The position numbers were made by a program, and so were the translations under genes. Source: a virus. From it: a DNA stretch of 64,000 nt. How positions within the stretch are numbered: the stretch's first letter is position 1; every line of letters starts with the position of its first letter. Location: positions 1-64,000 of IMG/VR virus record IMGVR_UViG_3300045988_082153. One strand, given 5' to 3'. The notes beneath the pieces were generated by a model. That model was not told where the DNA came from. It worked only from the letters and a program-made list of their open reading frames with translations, and ran no database searches. Of the stretch, positions 33,983 to 42,403 are shown in pieces.

Positions 33983-35941
33983 ATGGCAAGAAGAAAATTA
34001 CATAAGGCGAGTGCTGTCATGCCTCATGAAGGAATGGACAGCGTAGCTACAGCCAAGCACACGTTGGGCGGTAACCGTGCATTTGAGGTATTGTGGCAAG
34101 CCCAGCAGTATTGGCTTGCTATGGATACGTTCCGCAGAGACCGTGAACGTAACAAGAACTACACCTACGGACGGCAGTGGGATGACTACGTTTGCGTGAA
34201 TGGTCGGAAAATACGCGAAGAGGAACTCATCAAGAAGCAAGGTAATGTACCCTTGAAGAACAACCTCATTCGTCGTATGGTACAAGCTGTACTTGGTATA
34301 TACCGCAGTCAAGCCAAAGAACCCACTTGTACGGCACGCGACCGCGACGAGCAGCGTTATGGCGAGACGATGAGTACCGTGTTGCAATGCAACATGCAGC
34401 TGAACCGCATGACAGAGATAAACGCACGATGTATGGAGGAGTTCCTTATATCGGGCTTTGTCGTGCAGCGTAAGTGGTATGGCTGGCGAGAAAACAAGCT
34501 GGACTGTTGGACTGACTATGTACAGCCCAACAACTTCTTCATCGATAACAACATGAGGGATTTTCGAGGTTGGGATTGCAGTTGTGTGGGCGAGGTGCAT
34601 GACATATCGTTTGAGGAACTGTGCGGACGCTTTGCCAAGGACGGAAACGATTACAACCGTCTGGCCGAGATATACAAGTTTGCCAAAGACAAATCGTATC
34701 TCAGTGCTACGTTTAATCATTTTGGCCATCCTTTGCAGGGCAACTTTGATTTTTTTGTTCCGTATGATGTGACACGTTGTCGTGTAATAGAAGTGTGGAG
34801 GAAGGAAAGCAAACCACGTGTCCGCTGCCATGACGTAAACAACGGCGATGTGTTCAAGATAGACATTGAGGATTTCCAAGCCCTTGTAACAGACGAAAAC
34901 AACAAGCGTTTACAAGAGGCCCGTGAGCTTGGTATGGACGAGAGCGATGTGCCGCTTATCCGTTGGGAGTGGTTTATGGATAGCTACTGGTATTATTACA
35001 TGCTCACTCCGTTTGGTGACATTCTGGAAGAAGGCGAAACCCCATACGAGCACAAGAGCCATCCGTATGTGTTCAAAGCATATCCGTTCATCGACGGTGA
35101 GATACATAGCTTTGTCAGCAATGTAATAGACCAGCAGCGATACACAAACCGTTTGATTACGATGTACGACTGGATTATGCGAGCTTCGGCAAAAGGTGTG
35201 TTGTTGTTCCCGGAAGACTGCTTACCAAAGGGAATGTCAATGGACGACGTTGCCGACGAATGGGCACGCTTCAACGGCATCATCATGATCAGGACACCGA
35301 AGGCCGGAACGCCATTGCCTCAGCAGATAGCCAACAACTGCACACAGATAGGTATCTCAGAGTTGCTGAGCATGCAGTTGAAGTTCTTCGAAGACATATC
35401 CGGCGTTAACGGCGCATTGCAAGGCAAGCCCGGTTATTCGGGTATGTCGGCCAGTCTGTACAATCAACAGGCACAGAACGCCTCAACGTCTCTGCTTGAC
35501 TTGCTCGACACGTTCTCTTCTTTCGTAAAAGAAGGTGCGTATAAGGACGTGAAGAACATTCAGCAGTTTTACGACACGCCACGTGTATTCAACATTGCAG
35601 GAAAGAACTCTACCATTGTGGAGTACGACCCGAAGAAGATACGCGACGTAGAGTTTGACCTTTCGATTGTGGAGAGCACAGCAACCCCAGCATACCGCGC
35701 TCTAACCAACGACATGCTTATGCAGTTGTGGGAAAAGAACGCTATCAGCGTGGAGCAGCTGTTGGAACACGGCGACTTTCCATTTGCCGACGAGTTGCTG
35801 CAGAGCATCAAGTCACAAAGGGAACAGCTGGAACAAGGCAAGGTGCCGGACGGCATTTCTCCGGAACTTGCGCAGCAGGTTCATCAAAACGCAAACGCAT
35901 CTGCCATGCAACAGGCACAGCAGATGTTACAAGCGGCTTAA
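33983..35941 (+). CDS. portal protein (putative)
   Basis: 652 aa. NKNYTYGRQWDD motif near the N-terminus, as in many portal proteins. Size and position next to the terminase fit. Confidence 0.55.
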   Translation: MARRKLHKASAVMPHEGMDSVATAKHTLGGNRAFEVLWQAQQYWLAMDTFRRDRERNKNYTYGRQWDDYVCVNGRKIREEELIKKQGNVPLKNNLIRRMVQAVLGIYRSQAKEPTCTARDRDEQRYGETMSTVLQCNMQLNRMTEINARCMEEFLISGFVVQRKWYGWRENKLDCWTDYVQPNNFFIDNNMRDFRGWDCSCVGEVHDISFEELCGRFAKDGNDYNRLAEIYKFAKDKSYLSATFNHFGHPLQGNFDFFVPYDVTRCRVIEVWRKESKPRVRCHDVNNGDVFKIDIEDFQALVTDENNKRLQEARELGMDESDVPLIRWEWFMDSYWYYYMLTPFGDILEEGETPYEHKSHPYVFKAYPFIDGEIHSFVSNVIDQQRYTNRLITMYDWIMRASAKGVLLFPEDCLPKGMSMDDVADEWARFNGIIMIRTPKAGTPLPQQIANNCTQIGISELLSMQLKFFEDISGVNGALQGKPGYSGMSASLYNQQAQNASTSLLDLLDTFSSFVKEGAYKDVKNIQQFYDTPRVFNIAGKNSTIVEYDPKKIRDVEFDLSIVESTATPAYRALTNDMLMQLWEKNAISVEQLLEHGDFPFADELLQSIKSQREQLEQGKVPDGISPELAQQVHQNANASAMQQAQQMLQAA

Positions 35942-35949
35942 TAAAACTA

Positions 35950-38079
35950 TCAGATGGAAGCCTCGGAAACGGGGCTTCTGTCTTTTCTAAGTGTACGGTT
36001 AACAATAGGAACCCATTCAGGCATATCCATTTCCCGGAAGCAGATATGCAGACCTATTGCACGTGTCATAAGCAAGTCGTCATGTTTGCCAGTAATAGCA
36101 CCATATGCACCGTTCTGTTTTCGCTCATAGGTGTTGTATTCATCCAGACAGCGTTTGTCGCGCTCGATATAGAGTCGGTCGCGTACCACCTTGATGAGGG
36201 TAGAGATAATCATCGGCTTTGTTGACACATTGGTATGGAAGCCATATTTACGCGGTGCGCCCTCCCTAATTTCATCCTCCGACTGCTTGCGTGCATACAA
36301 GTTCGGGTAGATGTCTGAAATCTGATTGAGTATATATTGCGACTGGTCGCCACCTTCCACCTGACGCTCCTTGTCGTGAGTCTCCAACGTGTTAGACTCA
36401 ATGACCAGAAGAGAATTGTCGTAGAACGCCGCTATCTGTGCTGCACGCCAAGCGAGTTGGTCTATGTCGCAATGTCCGTACCACTGAGCCACCACAGACG
36501 GCGGCTCGCTACCATCAATCATACTAAGCCTGTCGAATACCACGATAACAGACCAGTCAGCTTTATTGGAACGTCCACCCACATCGACAACGGTAAGATA
36601 ACGGTTGACAACTTCGTAGCCTTCGAATGTTTCCGGCATTGCCCATATAGAAAGCAATCCTTGCCTGTCTGCACGGAAACGGAGATTGGAAAGTGCATCC
36701 TCTCCTTCGTCTCCATCAGCATATACCTCACCGATATACTGAGGCTGCTTGCAGAACCGCTCGAACTTCTTGACACGGTATTTGTCGAACACCATAGAAC
36801 CAGAATGAACGAAAGCCTCCACATCATCAGAAGGGAACTCGGAAGCCATTACAGCAAAGTCGTCCTTACCAGCACGCTCCTCTATGTACCAGTTGATAGC
36901 CTCCAGTGTAGCCCCTTTCTCCCATAACGACCAAAGGTAGCGTCCGGACTCCTCACGATTTGACGGCACATAGGCATTCTCTCTATTCTCATACAGCCAT
37001 TGTGCAAATTCACGCATTTCGTCAGCCGAAGCGAACTGCTTGGAATACTGCTCAATCTGAAACCACGATATAAAAAGAGCTTCATATTGTGATTTGATTG
37101 TAGGATCTGCAGCAGCCGTATATTCTGTGTGGAAGAAGTTTCCTGTTCCATTCGGTGTACTCTCCATTACGATCATCGTGAATGGTTCCAAAAGAATACC
37201 GGAACATGCCGAACGCACGATGTCCTGCGGTGACTTACCTTCTGTCTTTTGCCACAAACCGACCTCTGACAAATGCACAAGAGAATAGGCACCGCCACGG
37301 CATCCATTAGGACGCTCAGCAGTGCCAACCTTAATCTTGCAATTGCGTTGTGGTACGCGATGAGTGGAGCCAGACTTACCTACACCAACCAACTTCGGCT
37401 CGTTCTCGGAATATGCCTCACCCAGTTTATGCAGGAACTCTACCGGGTATCTGTCAATCATGAGGTCGAACATATCCTTGATTTCGTCAGAAGCCGCTCC
37501 TTGATGTGCAATGATAAGTGAATTTAGTCCCTTTCGATGGTTGAACTGAAGCCATGCCATGTAGAGCTGTGTTGTAGTAGAACCACCCCACTGTCGAGCC
37601 TTCAACAATATTAGTCGTATAGGGAGACGAGCTTTTCTCTTCGCCTCAAAACGAGACACCAAAATACGCTGCGGATAGTAAAGCCGGAACAACACGTCCT
37701 TACCAGCCTTCTTGTTGTGGATATAGACGAGCGTAGCCGCCCAGAAAGGGAAGTCGTGTTTGAAGCGTAGTCGTATGAACTTACGCGAGACCTTGATGTA
37801 ATCATCATCGTTTGGCTCAACATGGAGAACAGACGAAAGAAACTTGTCGATAGACCCAGCCTTGACAAGTTTCTTCACCATTTGTATTTTCATCATCTCT
37901 ACAGGGAGCCATTGGACGGGTATGGCAAAGTCAGAGATACACACTCGCACACGTTCCCCTATGGACCCTTCACCCGTGACCGGGTCGAAGTGAGCGAACA
38001 TCACCTCATTTCGCCGGTCGTTTTCAGCGAGTAAGCGTGCAATCTCTGTATCTATCATATTGGTTGTCATACCATCCAT
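35950..38079 (-). CDS. terL: terminase large subunit
   Basis: ATPase motifs KARQWGGSTTTQ (Walker A-like) and AYSLVHLSEVG (Walker B-like). VMESTPNGTGNFFH. RNaseH-like nuclease part with VVDVGGRSNKADWSVIVVFD and KHDDLLMTRAIG. Confidence 0.8.
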   Translation of the reverse strand: MDGMTTNMIDTEIARLLAENDRRNEVMFAHFDPVTGEGSIGERVRVCISDFAIPVQWLPVEMMKIQMVKKLVKAGSIDKFLSSVLHVEPNDDDYIKVSRKFIRLRFKHDFPFWAATLVYIHNKKAGKDVLFRLYYPQRILVSRFEAKRKARLPIRLILLKARQWGGSTTTQLYMAWLQFNHRKGLNSLIIAHQGAASDEIKDMFDLMIDRYPVEFLHKLGEAYSENEPKLVGVGKSGSTHRVPQRNCKIKVGTAERPNGCRGGAYSLVHLSEVGLWQKTEGKSPQDIVRSACSGILLEPFTMIVMESTPNGTGNFFHTEYTAAADPTIKSQYEALFISWFQIEQYSKQFASADEMREFAQWLYENRENAYVPSNREESGRYLWSLWEKGATLEAINWYIEERAGKDDFAVMASEFPSDDVEAFVHSGSMVFDKYRVKKFERFCKQPQYIGEVYADGDEGEDALSNLRFRADRQGLLSIWAMPETFEGYEVVNRYLTVVDVGGRSNKADWSVIVVFDRLSMIDGSEPPSVVAQWYGHCDIDQLAWRAAQIAAFYDNSLLVIESNTLETHDKERQVEGGDQSQYILNQISDIYPNLYARKQSEDEIREGAPRKYGFHTNVSTKPMIISTLIKVVRDRLYIERDKRCLDEYNTYERKQNGAYGAITGKHDDLLMTRAIGLHICFREMDMPEWVPIVNRTLRKDRSPVSEASI
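35957..35985 (+). terminator. hairpin/terminator at the convergent portal-terminase junction
   Basis: GAAGCCTC/GGGGCTTC stem (35957-35964 with 35971-35978), then TGTCTTTT. Overlaps the 3' end of the terminase CDS on the other strand. Confidence 0.4.
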
Positions 38080-38491
38080 TCTTTATTCGGTAAATAAATT
38101 CGCCCACTGTACGAGGCGTGAGATAGAATTTCGGTGCAGGTTGATTTACTATTTTCGTCACAAGTTCGTACACCGATTTGTCGGGCTGTTTCTCACGTAG
38201 TATAACGAACCTTCGGTAAATCTCCTCAAACATTTCACGCTTGTTGCTCCTCATCCTTGGCATCGGTTTTCCAGCTGCCATTGCTGAAATGACAATAGCA
38301 GCCCTCTCATCGCTCACCCAAAAGCGAGAAGCCGGAGACTGAGCGACAAGTTCGAAGATGACCGGCATCACGATGATGGATGCCTCTGCGAGTTTCTCCC
38401 GATATGCCCTCATGAGGTCGTTATTACGTTCGCGTGTAAATTCAAGAATGCTGCCAAAGTATTTCATAAAAGTGCTCGATTGTTTCCTCAA
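38024..38491 (-). CDS. hypothetical protein upstream of terL (small terminase candidate)
   Basis: 155-aa ORF overlapping the terL start by about 50 nt. The call rests on position only. Confidence 0.3.
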   Translation of the reverse strand: MRKQSSTFMKYFGSILEFTRERNNDLMRAYREKLAEASIIVMPVIFELVAQSPASRFWVSDERAAIVISAMAAGKPMPRMRSNKREMFEEIYRRFVILREKQPDKSVYELVTKIVNQPAPKFYLTPRTVGEFIYRIKNGWYDNQYDRYRDCTLTR

Positions 38492-38544
38492 AGTTACAGA
38501 AACGAGGTCACAAAAGTTAAAAGTCAGTCCACATCTTATATAGG

Positions 38545-38552
38545 TATTTTTG
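38545..38552 (+). promoter_or_regulatory. TAnnTTTG (-7 type) promoter element for scaffold/capsid operon
   Basis: TATTTTTG lies 38 nt upstream of ATG 38590, in the divergent gap between the terminase cassette and the scaffold gene. Confidence 0.35.
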
Positions 38553-38589
38553 CAAATGAATATGACACATTCTAAAGATTTTGAAGATA

Positions 38590-39327
38590 ATGACTGATAA
38601 CAACGGAGTTAAGAGCAGACGCGACCAACAGTTGGAACGGCTGCGAAAGAAATATCCCGACAAGAAGTTCGAGGATGATGAGGAGATTTACGGTCAGATT
38701 TACGACGATTACGACCAATACGAGCAGGATCTTAGCGGCTACAAGGACAGGGAAAAGGCCATGTCCGACATGTTTGCCGCTGACCCGAGAAGTGCACAGT
38801 TCCTTGCTGATATGCACAATGGTAACGACCCCTACGTCGGGCTTGTAAAAAACTTCGGCATAGAAATACAGGACGTACTTGACGATCCTGAAATGCAGGA
38901 GAAGATAGCCGAGGCCAACAAGGACTATGTGGAGCGTGTAGCCAAGTCAAGACAGCTTGACGAGGAATATGAGAAGAACATGGACGCAAGTCTTGAAACC
39001 CTTCGTCAGTTCCAAGAAGAGCGTGGCATGAGCGACGTACAGATTGACGCTGTAGTTGATGCCGTTTTGACCGTGGTTCGTGACGGTGTAATGGGCAAGT
39101 TCTCGAAAGAGACTCTTGCAATGTTCGTGAATGCCATCAACCATGACAGTGATGTAGCCTCAGCAAGTGAAGAGGGACGTGTTGCCGGACGCAATGACAA
39201 GATTGTGGAAGGCTTGCGCAAGCGAGACAAAGGCGACGGCACATCACCACTGAACGGCAAGAATGGCGGTGCGCCCAAGAACAAGAGAAACATGGACATC
39301 TTTGACTTTGCAAATGCTGCAAAATAA
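38590..39327 (+). CDS. scaffolding protein (putative)
   Basis: Acidic, helical 245-aa protein immediately upstream of the capsid gene. Confidence 0.5.
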   Translation: MTDNNGVKSRRDQQLERLRKKYPDKKFEDDEEIYGQIYDDYDQYEQDLSGYKDREKAMSDMFAADPRSAQFLADMHNGNDPYVGLVKNFGIEIQDVLDDPEMQEKIAEANKDYVERVAKSRQLDEEYEKNMDASLETLRQFQEERGMSDVQIDAVVDAVLTVVRDGVMGKFSKETLAMFVNAINHDSDVASASEEGRVAGRNDKIVEGLRKRDKGDGTSPLNGKNGGAPKNKRNMDIFDFANAAK

Positions 39328-39333
39328 TACGTC

Positions 39334-39534
39334 ATGAGCATTAGTGTAGAATTTCCAAATACAAAGCCACGTGAACCCTCACAAGGAAGTGCAGGATTGC
39401 GAACACATATCGGTGGTGCCTGTACCACTGTAAGTGCGTTAATGGAAGCAAGCAAAGCTATACATAACGAAGGCTTTGTGAAGAAAAGCATTGTCAAGGT
39501 ACCGGCAAAAACGAAACATAACAATAACAAATAA
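39334..39534 (+). CDS. small protein paralogous to the capsid protein N-terminus
   Basis: EPSQGSAGLRTHIGGACTTVSALMEAS versus the capsid TPSAGSAGLQTQLGGAPTTVSGVENAS gives 17/27 identities, gapless. Both begin MS(I)SVE/MSVEV. Confidence 0.4.
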   Translation: MSISVEFPNTKPREPSQGSAGLRTHIGGACTTVSALMEASKAIHNEGFVKKSIVKVPAKTKHNNNK

Positions 39535-39544
39535 AAAAATTAAA

Positions 39545-41143
39545 ATGAGCGTAGAAGTAACAACAACCCAGCAACAGAACTCTGGCAGTGCAAACACGCC
39601 AGATAGTCCTGAACTTACTCCAAGTGCTGGTTCCGCTGGTCTTCAGACACAGTTAGGTGGTGCGCCTACTACCGTCAGTGGAGTAGAGAACGCATCAGGA
39701 GGTATGGGCGAACTTGTAATGCCCGAAGTTGACAAACGAATTTTCATGTTTGAACGTGATCAGAACTCTTTGATGCAGCTTATGCTGATGGCAAAGTCCG
39801 TGAACGTTCATAGCATGGAAGTGAAACACTATGCAATTGACCAAGGCACACCAATCGTTACGGTTGCATCTGTTAATGGCAATACTATCACGTTGGTAAA
39901 TGCCGACCAGAAGAAAGTTCGAGCATACGACACTCTTATGGTCAAGGGAGTCAAAGGCTACGACTTTATCGGTGGTACCAATGTCAAGAGCCGTCGTCCC
40001 CTCCAGCTCTTTGTAAAGAGCGTGAACAACGACGACACAATCACCTGTATAGCAACCAACGGTGTTAAGCAGGCTGCGACAGACCAGTATGGCAGTCTTC
40101 CAACAGCAACCTCTCCAACAGCAAGCAATACCAATATCATAACAGCAGGTACGAAGTTAGTACGTATGGCTAATGCCATGTATGAGACTCAGAAGTGGGT
40201 TGACCCCAATACTGTCATTCCTTCTCCAGACGACTTGTACTTGCAGAAGCGAGGTATGACAAGCATCGTATCAAAGTATCTTGCCGACCAGAACATGGAG
40301 ATACCTTACGATGAGGCTGTCAAGGCAGAGGCTCAGTTGCGTGAGTTCAAGGCTGCCGGCAACCGTACGCTTCTCATTTCTCAGCAGAACAAGATGCTTG
40401 TACGTTCAAGCATGGGTGACGACCAGTGGGACTATACAACCAATGGTGTTCGTTGGCAGGTGAAGCGTGAGGTGAAGCATCGTGGCAAGTGGACATTTGA
40501 GGATGTAATGTCTCTCATCAAGCTATACTACGGTGGTGCAGACAAGCCTAAGTCCGGTCTCTTCCTCGTTGGTAACAACCTTGGCCAGAGTTTGCAGCTC
40601 ATTGACTGGAGCAAGCACCCAGAGGTTACGATGGAGCCTTTCACCAATGAGAGACTTGGTTGGAAGGTGACACGTCTGTACTGCATCTTCGGTGAGCTTC
40701 AGATTAAGATTGAGCCTACGTTCAATGATTGCGGCTACGAGAACAGCGGTATCATTGTGGGCGAAGACCGTTTGGTACACTATGTACGTCGCGGCGAGAG
40801 CAGCTACACAGAGGACGTTGAAGGTGAGGAGGCAACACGCAATGGCGTTCTCGTCAGTGACGCTCTTGGTTTGAAGGGCAACTGTCATATCTGGGTTGAT
40901 GGTGACGATGACGATGACGACACCGCTCCTGCAGCTGACGAGTTCCGCTTGTGGAGTAGTGACACAGCTCCGACCGAAGCCGATCTCGAAGATGGCGTAA
41001 TTTACGTTTTCGCTTATGGCATGAACATCAAGTCAGGCACTGCCACTATTACAGTGAGTGCAGGTGACGCATTCAAGTACAATGCGACAGGCGAGAACGA
41101 GAAGAAGTGGGTTCGTTTCTACGGTCCTATTTCAGCTGAGTAA
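39545..41143 (+). CDS. major capsid protein (putative) with C-terminal extra domain
   Basis: ATG at 39545. 532 aa, following the scaffold gene. A strong terminator lies downstream. An acidic linker DGDDDDDD precedes a ~70-aa C-terminal domain. Confidence 0.55.
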   Translation: MSVEVTTTQQQNSGSANTPDSPELTPSAGSAGLQTQLGGAPTTVSGVENASGGMGELVMPEVDKRIFMFERDQNSLMQLMLMAKSVNVHSMEVKHYAIDQGTPIVTVASVNGNTITLVNADQKKVRAYDTLMVKGVKGYDFIGGTNVKSRRPLQLFVKSVNNDDTITCIATNGVKQAATDQYGSLPTATSPTASNTNIITAGTKLVRMANAMYETQKWVDPNTVIPSPDDLYLQKRGMTSIVSKYLADQNMEIPYDEAVKAEAQLREFKAAGNRTLLISQQNKMLVRSSMGDDQWDYTTNGVRWQVKREVKHRGKWTFEDVMSLIKLYYGGADKPKSGLFLVGNNLGQSLQLIDWSKHPEVTMEPFTNERLGWKVTRLYCIFGELQIKIEPTFNDCGYENSGIIVGEDRLVHYVRRGESSYTEDVEGEEATRNGVLVSDALGLKGNCHIWVDGDDDDDDTAPAADEFRLWSSDTAPTEADLEDGVIYVFAYGMNIKSGTATITVSAGDAFKYNATGENEKKWVRFYGPISAE

Positions 41144-41163
41144 CTTTTTTGTCAACGCTAATT

Positions 41164-41204
41164 ATGGGGGTGGATGCGCTTTAAGTCAATCCGTCCCCAT
41201 TTTT
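41164..41204 (+). terminator. Rho-independent terminator after capsid gene
   Basis: ATGGGGGTGGAT ... ATCCGTCCCCAT stem followed by TTTT. Confidence 0.6.
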
Positions 41205-41220
41205 AATAAAACAATATAAC

Positions 41221-41754
41221 ATGGAAATTAAAACATACGGAGTATATGGTCTCACGGAATGGCACGGTAAAGTTAAGGCCGGCACCCTTGAGGCGAACTT
41301 GTCGTTCGTTGGTGGCACGTCTTCTCCAAGTGGTTCACAACCTGCATACATGGTGACCAAAGACCCAATTACACAGTTTGTAATTGAGAACTCAAAGGAA
41401 TACAAGAGTGGTTTTATCAGTCTCGTAATGCGTCAAGTACTGCCCGGTACCCACATGCGAATTGCTACCCATAAGCCTGTTCCTGACAGTGACGAACAGG
41501 CAAATGAGCATTTGTCAGAAGAAACTAAGACAGAAACAGTAAAGCCGACAGGTGATGTAGAAATGCCTACACAAGAGACTGGCATCGAGCAGAACGAACG
41601 TGGTCTCACTGAAGTTGAGTTCAGTACCAACCAAGAAGCCAAGGACTATCTCGCGAATACCTTTGGTGTGAAGAGTGGTACGATGAGAACTCGTGCAGAA
41701 ATTATAGCTGTAGGTGAAACCTATGGCGTTAAAATCATTTTTGTAACCGAGTAA
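41221..41754 (+). CDS. hypothetical virion protein
   Basis: 177-aa ORF in the structural block. No motif recognised. Confidence 0.45.
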   Translation: MEIKTYGVYGLTEWHGKVKAGTLEANLSFVGGTSSPSGSQPAYMVTKDPITQFVIENSKEYKSGFISLVMRQVLPGTHMRIATHKPVPDSDEQANEHLSEETKTETVKPTGDVEMPTQETGIEQNERGLTEVEFSTNQEAKDYLANTFGVKSGTMRTRAEIIAVGETYGVKIIFVTE

Positions 41755-41767
41755 TCACAGCGACGGT

Positions 41768-42403
41768 ATGGTGTACAAAATCGAAGTCGTGGAGCGTGAC
41801 GTGCGCATTGCCATTGACGAAAACAAGACAAACGATCAGCTCATCAGCGATGAGGACATTGACACCTTATCGTTGAATGACATCATCCGCTCAAAGATAG
41901 TTGAAGCCGTTCGGCGTGTAGAGTCGTCCGCTCCCGTTCACTACTTGGAAGAAGGTCACGTGTTTGGCGATGCCATCTACTGGGAGAACAACGGAAGCGG
42001 TTGGACTCTGCTGCCCGATGATTTCATGCGTCTTGTAGCCTTTCGCATGAGCGACTGGGAACGCACCTGCTATATGGCCATATCAGCAGACGACCCATTG
42101 TATGATTTGCAATCGTCAAGATACAAGGGTATTCGCGGCAATGTCCAAAAGCCGGTGTGTGCCGTAGTGAACCGTGCCGAGGGCAAGGTGTTGGAGTTCT
42201 ACAGTTGCAACAGTGAAGAAGCCTACGTGAAACGTGCCTCATACATTCCTTATCCGAGCATAGACGAGGAGGACGGCATAGACATCAGCGAGCGTTGTTA
42301 CACAGCCGTGGTCTATACTACGGCTGCATTAGTATTAACCGCCTATGGTGCGAGCGAGCAAGCTGCCGCAATGAACACCTTGGCAAAAAGCATTTTTGAA
42401 TAA
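41768..42403 (+). CDS. hypothetical virion protein (head-tail adaptor position)
   Basis: 211-aa ORF. Its stop overlaps the tail-fibre ATG (TAATG). Confidence 0.45.
   Translation: MVYKIEVVERDVRIAIDENKTNDQLISDEDIDTLSLNDIIRSKIVEAVRRVESSAPVHYLEEGHVFGDAIYWENNGSGWTLLPDDFMRLVAFRMSDWERTCYMAISADDPLYDLQSSRYKGIRGNVQKPVCAVVNRAEGKVLEFYSCNSEEAYVKRASYIPYPSIDEEDGIDISERCYTAVVYTTAALVLTAYGASEQAAAMNTLAKSIFE

Noticed and set aside
33998-34879. 293-aa minus-strand ORF
   Set aside because: Antisense to the portal candidate. It breaks the compact operon logic and has no motifs.
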